Part shown: positions 10,201 to 23,596 of the stretch, one piece after another
Numbering within the stretch: position 1 is the stretch's first letter
Layout: each line of letters starts with the position of its first letter
Assembly: GCA_001661245.1 (NCBI GenBank)
Contig: KV454012.1
Location: 402,147 to 466,146, forward strand
Source of the DNA: Pachysolen tannophilus NRRL Y-2460
Lineage: Eukaryota
Direction of reading: 5' to 3'
DNA length: 64,000 nucleotides
Position numbers and translations under genes: made by a program
Notes under the pieces: model-generated
What the model saw: the letters and a program-made list of their open reading frames with translations, nothing else
Databases searched by the model: none
What the model was told of the DNA's origin: nothing

Positions 10201-12429
10201 ATGTATACTTTAAGTGGTACTGGTTGGAAATCCAAGCTTGCTGGGGATGGGAAATATTTTAAGAAAATTCAAAAATTTAATGATTTTAAAACGGTTGATT
10301 GGGTAGATGATGTAATAACAGAAAATAAGAAACAATTGACAATTGATGATAAACATAAAAATATTAATGGTAAAAATGTTGTATTATTAAAATATCCAAT
10401 TTTGGGAAGATTTTTATTTTCATGTCAAAGTTGGTTATTATTGACATTAATAGGAATTGTTGTTGGTTTAATTGCAGCATCTTTAAATATAATAACTCAA
10501 TTTTTAGCCGATATTAAAACGGGACATTGTAAAGAACATTTTTATTTGAATAAATCATTTTGTTGTTGGGGTGAAGATTTAGAGAAATGTCAGGCTTGGA
10601 CTTCTTGGTCAAATCTTTCAATTTTAAATTATTTTTATTTTGTACTGATTTCAATTTTATTTGGTTTATTAGCCGCTGTATTGGTGAAAAATTTTGCACC
10701 AACAGCAGCTGGATCTGGTATATCTGAAATTAAAGTTATAGTATCAGGTTTTACAATGGATGGATTTTTAAGTTGGTGGACATTATTAATTAAAAGTCTT
10801 GGGTTACCTTTAGCAATTGCATCAGGGTTAAGTGTTGGGAAAGAAGGACCCAGTGTTCATTATGCCGCTTGCGTAGGAAATTGTTTCCCTGAATTATTCG
10901 ATAGATTTAAAAGCTCTTATTCTAATACTAGACATTTCTTAACAGCTGCTTCTGCTGCAGGTGTTGCTGTGGCTTTTGGTAGCCCCATGGGTGGAGTTTT
11001 ATTTTCAATTGAAGAAATCTCAAGTGTTTTCCTGTTATCTACAATGTGGAGATCTTATTTTTGTTGTCTTGTATCAACAGGGGTATTAAGAGCTGTCAAT
11101 TCTTTTAGAACAGGTCAATTAGTTATGTTTGAAGTAAGATATGATCAAAATTGGTATTTTTTTGAAATACCATTTTTCATAATATTGGGGATATTTGGTG
11201 GTATATATGGTATAACTATTAGTAAATTCAATATTCAATGGGTTTCATTTCGACAAAGATTTTTAAAAAATTATGCTATAAGAGAAGTTGTACTTTTAAC
11301 ATTTTTTTCATCTTTGATTTGTTATTTTAACGAATTTTTAAGATTAGATATGACTGAAGGTATGGAGATTCTTTTCCATGAATGTGGTAGTAGTGGTGAA
11401 GAATGGAGCCATCATATTTGTAATTACGATAAGGGACAACTAAAACTATTTATATCATTACTTTATGCAACAATATTGAGAATGTTTTTAGTTGTTATCT
11501 CATACGGTTGTAAAGTTCCATGTGGAATATTCGTTCCATCGATGGCTGCTGGTGCTACGTTTGGTAGAGCCATTGGAATCATTGTCCTTAAATTATATGA
11601 AAAATACCCCGATTCTTTTTTCTTCAAAAGTTGTGAAGGTAATGAACATTGTATTATACCGGGAACATTTGCATTTTTAGGTGCCGGAGCTACTCTTAGT
11701 GGAATTACTCATCTAACCGTTACCGTTGTTGTTATTATGTTTGAACTTACAGGAGCACTTCGTTATATTATCCCAACAATGATAGTTGTTGCAGTGACGA
11801 AAATCATAAATGATAATTTTGGAAGTGGTGGTGGTATTGCAGATAAGATGATCAAATTCAATGGTCTTCCCTTTATCGATAATAAAGAAGATCATATTTT
11901 TAATTTACCTGCTGTCAGAGCAATGTGTGATAAGATTGTTGTGTTACCTGTTAATGAATTATCATACTCCGATTTGGAAGCAATATTAATGGAAACTGAT
12001 TTTAGCACTTTCCCAATAGTTGAAAGTATAAATAAACCAATATTAATAGGATCTATTGGTAGAACAGAGTTGCTCTATTGTATTGAAAATACAAGAGAAC
12101 AAGCAGTTGGGGATTTATCTAGAGAATCAAAATGTGTCTTTGCTGGAAAGGAAAAATTGCATCAATTAAGCGTAAACAATAGTATTATAGTATCTGAAAA
12201 TGATTCAATTGAACCATTGATAAGTTTTGAACAGTTTGTTAACTTTGCACCTATAACCATCAACGTCAATATTTCATTAGAAACAACAATGGACATGTTT
12301 CATAAAATTGGACCTAAAATTATATTTGTTGAAGATGATGGGTTATTAGCAGGTCTAATAACTAGAAAAGATATTATCCAATTTGAAATTTATTTGGAAT
12401 TTTTAAAAAATGAAGACAGAAATGATATC

Positions 12430-12463
<34 letters not shown>

Positions 12464-12624
12464 GTACAACAACATTTGATATTGAAAATATGCCTATAAG
12501 AGATGTGGAACAACAAATTTGGAATTTTTTTTGTGTTACAGGTGATTTCATCAAGAAAAATTTAAGAAAGATAACTGGTGAAAGAATTGGAAGACGTTAT
12601 TTGAGATTAGAAAATGATGAATAA
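10201..12624 (+). CDS. GEF1: CLC-family chloride/proton exchanger with CBS domains
   Basis: GSGISE, GKEGP and GIFVPS CLC signatures; many TM helices; C-terminal CBS region. Confidence 0.92.
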
Positions 12625-13042
12625 TATTACTTAGATTTAATTGTATATTTTAAAAGTACTTTTAGTTAGTTTGTCTTTATAAAAAAAAAAAGTAATAATA
12701 ATAATGATAATAATAGAGGGTTTCTTTACGTTTTTAAAATCAGTATTAACGATTTTTAAATAAATAATATATGAATATATATTTTTGTCTTTTTTTTTTT
12801 TTCTTCCATTTAATATTCTAATGTTTTTTTTTTTTTTTTTTTTTTTTTTCATATTGAGACAAAATGCTAAGAAAAAAAAAACAAAAAAAGAAAAAAGTAA
12901 TTATATAAATAGATCCATATGATCCATATGTAGACACCTTTTCTTCTTTTGTAAAATCTTTATATATGTACAACAAAAGAAGAATCAACCTAGTTTTTTT
13001 AAGACTAGGAAAACACAATAAACCAAGCAAGAACACATACAC

Positions 13043-13073
<31 letters not shown>

Positions 13074-13122
13074 ATAAAATTCTCTTTTTTATTTATTTTT
13101 TTCTAACTTTTTGTGAAAATTT

Positions 13123-13994
13123 CTAACCTACAAGTAAAGTTTGTGGGTCAGTGAATTGATATTCTGGGATTTCCAAGTTCAATGGAGCTGGACCTCTTCT
13201 GATTCTACCAGAGATATCGTAGTGGGAACCGTGACATGGACAGAACCAACCACCGAAATCACCAGACTCACCAATTGGAACACAACCTAAATGAGTACAG
13301 ATACCCAACATGATTAACCATTCTGGGTTTTTAACTCTATCTGAATCTTGTTGTGGGTCTCTTAAAGAGGAGACATCAACCTCATTGGCTTCTTCAATTT
13401 CTGCAGTTGTTCTATGTCTAATGAAAACTGGTTTACCTTGCCATTTAACAATAACATTTTTTCCCTCAGGTATAGCACCCAATTTAACTTCTACTTTGGC
13501 CATAGCCAAGACATCTGCAGAAGCAGACATGGTTTCCAAAAAAGCTTCAACTGTAGATTTGGCACCAGCAGCAGATAATAAACCAAAACTTCCCACTGTG
13601 AAATATGTAAAGACTCTTGACTTATCATCTGAACCTGTCTTGTTCAAATAATGAGAAAAATCTGGTGAATCATAGTTGGACTTTAATTGAGTTGAACTAG
13701 ATGATAACAATCTTGCTTGAGCGCCTATATCAAAATAAATTAAAAAATGTTAGTTACAACTTCTTCTTTCTTTTTCTTTTTTCTTTTTTCTTTTTTTTTT
13801 CTCGTAAAAATAAATGTATACTTGATGGAAAATCCATGAAAATATATATATATTTAATTTAAGCGCCAATATTTATTATTAACAAACATATTAATTAATT
13901 AATCAATCAATCAATACTAAACATTATACATACCAAAAGCTTTAAGGCCTAATCCGCCTTTAGTAACCGATCTTATAGCTGAACGTGCCAACAT
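13123..13994 (-). CDS. RIP1: Rieske Fe-S protein of cytochrome bc1, two exons (13994-13934, 13724-13123), 220 aa
   Basis: CTHLGC and CPCHGS motifs; intron 13933-13725 (GTATGT..AACTAAC..TAG) joins the presequence [21 protein letters not shown]. Confidence 0.96.
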
Positions 13995-14444
13995 TCTTTC
14001 TTATTATTAATGATATTTACTTAAATATTATTATCGATAATTTGTTAATTGAAAATATAAAAGAAATATATAAAATAACTTAACTCGTCTACCAAAAAAG
14101 AAAATTTACTATTTAGTATTTCCAGGTTTTTCCTCTACTAAGAAAAATCGCTAACAATTTTTTTTTTTTTTTCTTTTGCGTAAAATCATAATTTAGAAGA
14201 ATTTCATTGGCTCCGAACCTGCGGAATTCGCTCATAACCGCCCGCGCACAAAACTGTCTCGAGCAAAGCGTTTGTTTCTTATTTACACTACCTAAAAAAT
14301 ATACATACATATAAATATATGTAAATATATGTAAATATATGTATATATATGTATCAATATGGAAAAAACCCAACAACCAGGGCTTTTTTCAATTTGTTTG
14401 ACTACGGTGGTTAACAGCCCTATTTCGGTTATTTGATTATTTGA

Positions 14445-17330
14445 TTATTTGATTCCAAAACCTTCACTCTCATTAACTGCAAAATCTAGCTTATTATAAA
14501 AATCTTGTTTTAAATCATAATTGTATATACACAATTCATTAAAACATGTATGTGCTACTGGGAATCTTGATTTACTACCATTTAATAATGTTATCTTAAA
14601 ATTTAAAGATTGAATTCCTGTAGCAGGTAATCTATCACTTCCAGTGATAAATAATAATAATTTTTTTTGTTGCTTATAATTTAAAGTTTCAACATATTCC
14701 CAAAACCATAAAACTAATTTTGAATTTTCTGTTAAACCTCCTTGATATTTAGATACAACTTTTAAAATATCAACATTAAGAAATTTATCTCCAAATTTAC
14801 TATCATCACCTATAAGTATTAATTCAATTTCTTCTGCAGTAAATAATGAAAGTGCATTACCTCCAATAACTTGATCAAAACCTCTTTTAAAAGCATCCAG
14901 TTGAGTTTTAATTATTTCATCTAAATAAAATAAAAGATATTTATTTATATATTCAATTTTATTTTCAAATGTCACTTGAATTTTGGAACCATTAGGTATA
15001 AGTTCTCTTGTATGTATCAGTCCAAATATATCTCTAAAAGTAACTTCAAAATAAAGTTCTAAACTTTTTAAATCATCATTTTTATGATAATGTAATATTT
15101 TTTTCAAATTTTTACCTGCTTCAGGATATAATTCAATAAAATCATCTAATCCAACATTAGTATTCCCCAATAATTTTTTATAAAAAGCACGAGGAAATTG
15201 TAAATCTAAAATTGTAGAATTATAAATTGCTAAACCTAATACAACTCCAACCAAATAATACATTTCATCATTTTCAATTGGAGATATACTAAACCAACCT
15301 AAACATGAAGTTTCATTATATGTAAATAATCCTTTATCGGGATTAAATAATTCTTTACTCAATAATAAAAACCATTCTTTTTTTAAACCACCAGCATCAA
15401 TCCCTGGTTCATTTATAAATTCTACCCTTAATGATTTCCTTAAATCATTTGGATGTTGTTGTATACATCTTAATGAATCATTTGAAATATGTTCCCTTCT
15501 TACTCTAATTTTAAAATTAACATCAATTGGAACTTTTCTACTTATAGAACTAATAAAAGCTTCTTCTGCTTTTCTTTCCATTTGTCTCTTTGCTTCATAT
15601 TCTAAAACTGATATCTTTGCTCCTAAAGAAATTAAACAAGGATATTGACAAAATGTAAAAGTTGGTTTCATTCTTGTAGATGTAGGAGATAATGGTGATC
15701 CTATACCATATATAGATGTTGTGGAAGCACTATGAAGATAATTTATTACAGATTGTACTGAAGCATCTCCATTTTCATTGGTCTCTAAACCTTTATTATA
15801 AGCACCACAATTGAACTGCCATGCATCAAAATCTTGTTTAATACTGACATAATCAACTAATGTATTATAAAAAGTTGAACAAGGAATTTTTTGTTTACCA
15901 GTATTATAATATATGTTTGATGAAAATAAAATTGCCATAAATCTTCCTGCTGTACGAAGATGCCAATCATTACCATACCGATATAATTTTATCTTGATTT
16001 CATTATTCTGCTTTTGTTTACCATTAATAGTTGAAAAATTCCAAAGTCTATATGATGAATTTCCAGACTGTGAAGATGATGGTCTATCATCTTTAAAACC
16101 TGGATTATCATCTGCATCTGTTAAATGAGCTGAAGAGTTATAATTATTCAGTGGATTGTTTTTCAATTCTAAACTAATACATCTGTTCAATTGGAAATTT
16201 ATATACAAGTTAATTAAATTCACTTTTTCTGTAAACTCATCTGGTGTTAATCTTGAAAACCAATGACACAAATATTGTTTAGTTTTTTTATCAGAATATC
16301 CTAAAAAACCTATAACCCTTTTCAAAATTTCATAACTAACAGATTTTATTTCTTGAGAATAAGAATTATCTTTTAAAAGTAAAGATGTACGTAATGTGGG
16401 TATTTCTAATAATATTAATAACCAATATGTCTCAGCTGGTTCAGAAAATTTTGTTGGACGAAGTAATAAATCATTTGATGCACATAAAAGAGCGTAAAAT
16501 GGTCTCTTTGATGGTAATGATAATAATAACTTATAAAATTTTTTCAATTGAACTTGATCCAAACCTGATGAAGAGTATGATAATTTTGTCTCTGATTTTT
16601 GATTTCTAAATGAATAATTTAAACAATCATATGAGCTAAAAGATCTATATAAATATTCTTCTAATGGTTTAAAAATTGAATGTGATGTTGCTTGAGGGTT
16701 AAGAGATTTTTTACACTCTTCTATAGCATATTTTAACAGTGAGTATGATAAAGGAGAAGGTGATAATTCTTCAATGTTTTTAGATGATGATATTGATGAA
16801 TCATTGCTAGATTTTTTGAAAATGAAAACTGTACTGCACATTGAACATTTGACCTTGCTAATATCCAGAGGATATGTTATTAGTGTTCCACAGCAACGAC
16901 ATGCATAAACTACAGAACCTTTTCTAGAAGATGACGATGATGATTCAGAAACTGATGCAGATCTAACTATATGGTTGCCATCCTTTTCATGATTATGATT
17001 ATGATTATGACTATGACTATGGTGATGATGATGATGATGATGACTTGAAGTTGAAGTTGAAGTTGAAGTTGACGCTGATGCTGATGCTGACGCCGATGCT
17101 GTATTTGGACTTGAGCCCACATTTTCTGAAATATCCACACTCGCTCGAGAAGAACCTATAGATGGCGGCAATGCTGGTAAACTTCTTGGCTCTTCTTCAT
17201 CGGCGGTATCTTCATTCATTTTAGATTGTTTCTTGGTTAATTTTTTAAACCAACTACCTTTTCTCACAGGGAGTTGATGTTGATTAACAGGTTGAAGCAA
17301 AGAGGAGGAGTTATCTAAATGAGATGTCAT
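14445..17330 (-). CDS. HUL4: HECT E3 ubiquitin ligase
   Basis: EPGIDAGGLKKEWF, FITGSDRLP, PVAHTCFNEL with catalytic Cys; N-terminal CRCC..CSMC zinc ribbon. Confidence 0.88.
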   Translation of the reverse strand: MTSHLDNSSSLLQPVNQHQLPVRKGSWFKKLTKKQSKMNEDTADEEEPRSLPALPPSIGSSRASVDISENVGSSPNTASASASASASTSTSTSTSSHHHHHHHHSHSHNHNHNHEKDGNHIVRSASVSESSSSSSRKGSVVYACRCCGTLITYPLDISKVKCSMCSTVFIFKKSSNDSSISSSKNIEELSPSPLSYSLLKYAIEECKKSLNPQATSHSIFKPLEEYLYRSFSSYDCLNYSFRNQKSETKLSYSSSGLDQVQLKKFYKLLLSLPSKRPFYALLCASNDLLLRPTKFSEPAETYWLLILLEIPTLRTSLLLKDNSYSQEIKSVSYEILKRVIGFLGYSDKKTKQYLCHWFSRLTPDEFTEKVNLINLYINFQLNRCISLELKNNPLNNYNSSAHLTDADDNPGFKDDRPSSSQSGNSSYRLWNFSTINGKQKQNNEIKIKLYRYGNDWHLRTAGRFMAILFSSNIYYNTGKQKIPCSTFYNTLVDYVSIKQDFDAWQFNCGAYNKGLETNENGDASVQSVINYLHSASTTSIYGIGSPLSPTSTRMKPTFTFCQYPCLISLGAKISVLEYEAKRQMERKAEEAFISSISRKVPIDVNFKIRVRREHISNDSLRCIQQHPNDLRKSLRVEFINEPGIDAGGLKKEWFLLLSKELFNPDKGLFTYNETSCLGWFSISPIENDEMYYLVGVVLGLAIYNSTILDLQFPRAFYKKLLGNTNVGLDDFIELYPEAGKNLKKILHYHKNDDLKSLELYFEVTFRDIFGLIHTRELIPNGSKIQVTFENKIEYINKYLLFYLDEIIKTQLDAFKRGFDQVIGGNALSLFTAEEIELILIGDDSKFGDKFLNVDILKVVSKYQGGLTENSKLVLWFWEYVETLNYKQQKKLLLFITGSDRLPATGIQSLNFKITLLNGSKSRFPVAHTCFNELCIYNYDLKQDFYNKLDFAVNESEGFGIK

Positions 17331-18112
17331 TTTTGAAAGAATACTTCTCCTATATAAATCACCTCAATTTTTAGGCTATTAAGCATATGAGGTTTATTCA
17401 ATCCAATTAAGATTAAAAAATGGATGGGACAAAAATAGTCTCTGAGATTGCAAACAAATACAGACTAAACTCAATAATGATAAAATGCAATAAAATGAAT
17501 TAAAATGAATTGGTAAAAAAAAAAAAAAAAAATAAAAATAAAATAATTCTAATTTGAAATAGAGTTAAAATAAAACAACAAATATTCAATTAACTAACAG
17601 CGCTAAATCAGCTCTATTCCAAAAAGAAAAATAAAAAACTAATCCACTAGCGCTAAGTAAGTCCTTGATGATTTACCTAGCACAACATTCAATTCGGATT
17701 AGAGCAGGGATGAAGGTTAAAAAAAAAATGAAAAAGCCTTTTTAGTTTAACTCATAAAGAAATTACACAAATACGAAAAGGTTAAAAATAGATAATAATA
17801 ATAATAATAAGAATAATGAGAATAATATTTTAAAAAAAAGGGGGATATTGGCTAACTACGCACTACTGTGAGTGAAGGTCATTTTTATTATTTCATTTAT
17901 CTAAGCAGTTCACCAACACTGCCAATATTTAAGTACACAATATTCCAGATTATTAAAATTCATTTAAGTAAAATCCTTATTCCTTGTTAAAAAATAGACC
18001 AAAGAAATGACTAGGAAGAAAAAAATAAAAAAAAAAAAAAGAAAATTTAGTTAAGAATAATTAATTGCTATGCCATTTTTAAATGAAAAAAAAAAAAAAA
18101 AAAAAAAAAAAA

Positions 18113-20457
18113 TTAAATACACCAATTAACAGAATTGTTAGGCTCTATAAGATCTGTTTTACCTATCAAATTTAGTAATCGTTCCGGGAAAGAAGAAGGC
18201 TCAAGTTTTGTTTTTCCTTTATTGTCTACTACTTGATGATTATAGCAATTTTCAATTGTTTCACGATTATTTCCGATGTAGTTAGTGTCGTCATCACTGT
18301 AATGATGATATTCATTAAAATTATCACTTTCCTCGTCATAAAATATAGTAAAAGGATCTCTATGATGTCGAGGAATCCATGAGTTCTGATAGTCATCTAT
18401 AGTCAGACTATCAGCTTCATCTTCAATCTCGACTTCACTGCTATTATTTTCTACTAAATTTTTTTCTAAATTTTTTTCTAAATTTTTATTTAAACCATTA
18501 TTATTATTCGTGCTATTTTCAGTTTTTTCACGATAAAAATGATTTAAATCATTAAATGCAGTGGTTATTGATGTTTTTTCATGATGATGATTTTTTGATA
18601 AGTAACCAAATCCATTATCTTTTTTACACCTACTTTGTTTGCGAACTTTAGCATTTATCATAAGAAATTTTGAATAAATTATTATAGGTGTAGTTAAATC
18701 ATCAATATCGTTTTTAATTATATCATTAAATTCTATATCTTCTTTTGCAAGCCAATATAATATGGAATTGATTTTCACAAAAAAAGAATAAAGCTTGATA
18801 TTTCCATCAATTGGCTCATAATTAACATAATCATGAAGTAAATAAAAATGGTTTCTATAATAATCTCCAATATTATTTTTAATTTCCATTCTTTTAATTT
18901 TAATATCTGTACTTCCAAGAATTGTTGATAAAACTTTCCTATCTAAACTTGAATTTCTTAAAAAATCATGTGTCACAATAAACTTATCAATATCATTATC
19001 AAATTTTAGTTTAAGATATTTATGAATTTCAACCAATAAATTCACTATCATATAATCATCCTCTCTAAAAATATCAATTATTTTTAAAATTTCATCTAAA
19101 TGATCTACATTATCCAAGTTAATAATAAATCCAGCTATAATAGATGTAAACCTTATAGTTTTCATACCAAATTGAGTACTCTCTTCTTCAATTGTTGAAT
19201 GAATCGAATCTTGTAAATCATCTTTCCATAAAGTTATTATTTTTTTAAAATTCCTATTTTTTGCAAAACATTTAGAAAGTCTTTGCATACTATTATAATT
19301 AGCAGATCCATCAATTAATAAATGTTCCAATAGAAGTAATGAATTTAACATCAACCATTCTTTTTCTGGGTGGTTTGTCATTAAGGGAAATAATTTAGCA
19401 AAATCAGAAAAAGAATATTTGAAAAAATTACTCACACTAGAGAATGATAACAATAAAAACAAACATTCAATTATATGAATCTGTAACTTTGTGATTTTAC
19501 CATCTTTCTTACCTATAAGTTTAGTAATATAATTCAAAATCAAAGATATTGTAGAACTACTATCATAAATTAATCCACTTGAAACAAAACTAACATCTTT
19601 TGCAGAAGTTCTAACTAAATATTTTAAAATTTCTTCAACAATCACTTTATTATCCTCAATTTCATTAATATTAATGTTTATCAATGTTGCAAGCCCAATT
19701 CTATGAATATTATCTGTAGATGTAAATAAAAAAGTATTTAAAAATCCAAATATAATCAGTTTTTTTTGTAATTCTTGAACTGTTGATGGACTCATTCTAT
19801 CAATTAAATTTTCAACATAACAAATAAGATATTTTTTAAAATATTCCAGAGTAACAGATTCAAATGTTTTAGTTGACTGTATGAATTTTCTCTTTATTGA
19901 ATAATTTTTATAGGCTCTGCAAACAATATTAATCAGCAAATAAATTGGTACCTTTTCAACTTTCTCCAGTTCGTTTAAATTTTTAAATTTTATAAAAGTA
20001 GGAAATAAACCTTGAAAATTATCTATAATTCCAGCATAAACTTCTAATTCATATTGAGCATTCTTATCCTTGTTAAGAATAGTTTGAATTTTTTTCAAAA
20101 CTTTTGTTATTTCAAAAATTATATCATCATATACTACTTGTGCTTGTTGTAATACACTAGAATCAATTAAACATTTTTTCTTCAAATGTTGCTTAAGCTT
20201 ATCAGCATCATCTAATGTATCTTTTGTTAAATGCTTTAATGTTTTCAATAAAACGGGTAACGAATTATTTGAAGAAGTACTTTCAACAAACTCCCATCCC
20301 CCATAAGATATTGAACCTTTATCTGTAGAATATAGAACACTATGAGGAGGAATACTATCTATCAACAGCTTTTCTTGTTCGCTTGACTGATTAAGATTCA
20401 TTATGTTAGTATCAGCAACCCTGTGGATTAAAGTAAAAAACCAAAGAAACTTACCAT
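18113..20457 (-). CDS. Uncharacterised ~758-aa mostly helical protein, two exons (ATG 20457-20455; 20386-18113)
   Basis: Long ORF; ATG|GTAAGT, TACTAAC at 20411-20405 and CAG acceptor at 20387 give MSSEQEK...; no family recognised. Confidence 0.75.
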
Positions 20458-21186
20458 TGCACAAACAAGAAGGAAAAAAGCAAAAAAGCAAAAGCAAAAA
20501 AAAAAAAATAAAAAAAAGAAAATAGAAAAGGAAACACAACTAATGCTTTATTGATCCTAATTTATATATGAAAGAAACTATTGTGTGCTTGCTCTTGTTC
20601 TACTTTTTGGTCTTGATTTAATGATATGCTTGACTTTAATCTGTACTGTTTTTATTACGGGCTGCCTTGAAGTGAGGCTCCAAATAAAACAAAAACTCTC
20701 CTGCATATTTTCATGCAAGTAATCTTTATAATATAAATAAATTCATGAGACATTTCAATTCCAGGCAAACTCCAACTACAATTCCAATCTATAACCATGA
20801 GGGGGAAGGCAATTTGGTAAGAGTCAGTAATTAAAAATTAAGTATTAGTTTAAATACTAATGGCTACAGCTGCAAAGTTTTATGGAACAAAGAATCAAGT
20901 AAATTATCCTTATATATATATATATATATATATATACCAAAAACGTCATAAACGAGTGATATATAAACTACAAACTAAACATTTCATAACCCAGCTAAAT
21001 AAATAAAAAAAAAAAAAAAAAAATGAAACAACGCAGCCAAAAGAACCAATATAAATAATAGGAGTAACAATATTAATAAGAATAATTTGTTCAGTATTCA
21101 AAAGACACTTAAAAATTAAAACTGTGGGAAAAAGGACGAAAATGAACGAAATAAAAAAAAAAAAAAAAAAAGTTTTTTTATTCCAT

Positions 21187-22263
21187 TCATTTTCTTTCAT
21201 CATTTGGTTTAAAGAGCCACCATGCAATACTTGTACCAAACAATCCTCCTAATACATATTTATCCCTTGCTTCAACGTCTGTTTTGCTGGGTGTGAACTT
21301 TTCTTGAGTATTTGAAGTATCTTCGGTACTTTTCTTTTCATGTTTAAAATAATTGAAAAAATTATAAGAATTTGAAACTTCACCTACTTTAGCATCAGCA
21401 ACAGAAACAGCACCAGTCAAGTCAGCTATATCAACTTCACCATCCTTAAGTTTTCTTGGTTCTCCTTTTTCCAAGACTGGGTTTTTCTTTAATAAAATAG
21501 GAGCACTAACTGGAGGCTCTACTTCTGGTTCATACGCTTGAGGAAATTTATAAAAATCAATAGTGGATGAATCACCTTTTGTATTTGTTACAGAAGAAGT
21601 TGAAAAAGATGTTTTTTGAGCCTTAGTGATAATTCTTTTGGAAATATCGGTATCCTTTTCATTAATTGAAGTTTTTTCTTTTTTTTCTAACAATAATTTA
21701 GATTTAACATTATTAGTACTATCTCTTAAAGTAGATAGTTTTTTAGAATCATTTTGTTTAACAACTTCCATTTTAGTTGATTTCGGTTTCAATTTTGGTA
21801 AAACACTTTTAATAGATGTTGTATTATGAGTTGTTGACATATTTCTTGAGTTCAATGAATCACCAACTAAATTTGCATCATTGTTAATTAATCTTTGAAC
21901 TAATTCTGATTTTTTACCACTTACTTTAACTCCTCTTCTTTTACATTCAGTTTTTAACAGTTGTAAACTCATCAACCCATATTTATTATTATTATTATTC
22001 AACAACGTGTTTTGATTCTTGGAAGTTTGATGAACACTTCTTGTAAAATTCAAATTTGCAGATTTAATGTTAGCATTTTCATATGAATTATTAGCAACAT
22101 AAGAAGAATAAACATTTGTTTGCAGATGAGTTTTATTAAAAGTAGAGTAATGGCTAATATTGTTGGCAGCTGATTTCGGTAAAGCCGGGGCCATTTCTTT
22201 CTTGAAAGAATGCTGGAAAGCTGTTCTCAAAGATGGCAATGATTTAACTGTTCTCAATGACAT
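21187..22263 (-). CDS. AIM34: Mitochondrial SAP-domain protein with C-terminal TM segment
   Basis: SAP motif MSLQxLKTECKRRGVKVSGKKSELVQRL; RDKYVLGGLFGTSIAWW tail; adjacent to MIX17 as in S. cerevisiae. Confidence 0.8.
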   Translation of the reverse strand: MSLRTVKSLPSLRTAFQHSFKKEMAPALPKSAANNISHYSTFNKTHLQTNVYSSYVANNSYENANIKSANLNFTRSVHQTSKNQNTLLNNNNNKYGLMSLQLLKTECKRRGVKVSGKKSELVQRLINNDANLVGDSLNSRNMSTTHNTTSIKSVLPKLKPKSTKMEVVKQNDSKKLSTLRDSTNNVKSKLLLEKKEKTSINEKDTDISKRIITKAQKTSFSTSSVTNTKGDSSTIDFYKFPQAYEPEVEPPVSAPILLKKNPVLEKGEPRKLKDGEVDIADLTGAVSVADAKVGEVSNSYNFFNYFKHEKKSTEDTSNTQEKFTPSKTDVEARDKYVLGGLFGTSIAWWLFKPNDERK

Positions 22264-23119
22264 GACTTGATTACTAAATTATTGAGTTCAAAGAAAAAAA
22301 GAAGAAAAAAAAAAAAAAAAGATAAAAAAGAAAAAAACAGCAATGACAATCAAATAAGCAAAAGATAAATTTGAAATTAAATATAAAGCAAATGAAATGG
22401 GTTGGTAGTTTTTATTTGTTGTTGTAGATAGACGATAATATAGTTTATAGAAATAAAAATTAAAAATACCCCAATTCTCATTAGAGACTTGTTTATAATT
22501 ATACTAATTCGGATCTCTCAGGAATATTTTTCCGGTACAAAAGCCCAAAACGGAAATAGTGGTTTTTGTTTTTTTCTTTTTTGGCAATTGTTTCTTGTTT
22601 TGGTTAATTTGGTTAATTTGAAGTTTTGAAATGCCTAAACAGGCAATTACCGGATTTGCGCTTGATGGATGGTTAACCAAAAACAGCAGAACAAGTCTAA
22701 TAGTTATTTAGTATGCGATGAGTTATACAATATATATACTATATATATTTACAATATCCAACTTAGTAGGGAATAAAAATTTAGAAAACTTATATTGAAA
22801 TCAAATTTATATATAAACCTTGGTCTTCTTTATGTTATGTTTTTTTTTTTTCTTCTTCTATGTACCCAAATAAAAAAAATAAAAATAAAAAAAAATTAAT
22901 AAATAAATATAAATTTCTTTCATTTAGAATATTCGCACTGAAACTTCAGTATATGACCCGAATTAACATTTAACATAATCACAGAAGTGACATAATAATG
23001 CGGACAAAGAGGTATTATGATATTTTGTAGTAAAAAAATTAACATAACCCCCGTATCATTGTAAAAAATTTTTTTTTNTTTTTTTTTTTTAAAAAATCTT
23101 TTTCTTAAACTATGATAAT

Positions 23120-23596
23120 CTAGTATTGTCTTGCAGCCTCTTGACAGGCTTTTAACTGTTGCAAGTAGTATTCACAAACTTGGAAGTTACCATCGTTATC
23201 ATCCAAGCATCTTGTGAAATTTCTAGCATCAACATCACAAGCTTTAACTTGTTCTGATTGAGTAGCTTGGTTGGCACCTGATTGATAATTAACTGGCAGA
23301 GCATCTTGTTGTTCAACTGGAGCTGCTGACGAACCACCAAACATTGAAGTAATTCCTGCACCAAGAGTATGACCAATTGTGGAACCAACAGCAACACCAG
23401 CAGCTGTTGAGGCCATTTGGGCAAACATTCCTGGTTGTCTTTGTTGACCAGCTACTGGAGGAGCTGGTGCATGTTGTGCTGGTTGTTGAGGATGCAGTTG
23501 AACAGGAGCAGCTGAAGTATGTGCTGATCTTGTTTGAGCTGGAGCTCTTGCTGGCGCTCTGGCTGGAGCTGGACGACGACCTGATGAACGTGGCAT
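23120..23596 (-). CDS. MIX17: Mitochondrial intermembrane space twin-CX9C protein (CHCHD2/10 family)
   Basis: PGMFAQMASTAAGVAVGSTIGH; CX9C-CX9C C-terminus. Confidence 0.95.
   Translation of the reverse strand: MPRSSGRRPAPARAPARAPAQTRSAHTSAAPVQLHPQQPAQHAPAPPVAGQQRQPGMFAQMASTAAGVAVGSTIGHTLGAGITSMFGGSSAAPVEQQDALPVNYQSGANQATQSEQVKACDVDARNFTRCLDDNDGNFQVCEYYLQQLKACQEAARQY

Noticed and set aside
20402..20539. Hydrophobic signal-like N-terminus of the 808-aa ORF
   Set aside because: It derives from a poly-T leader and intron; the spliced ATG at 20457 explains the sequence better
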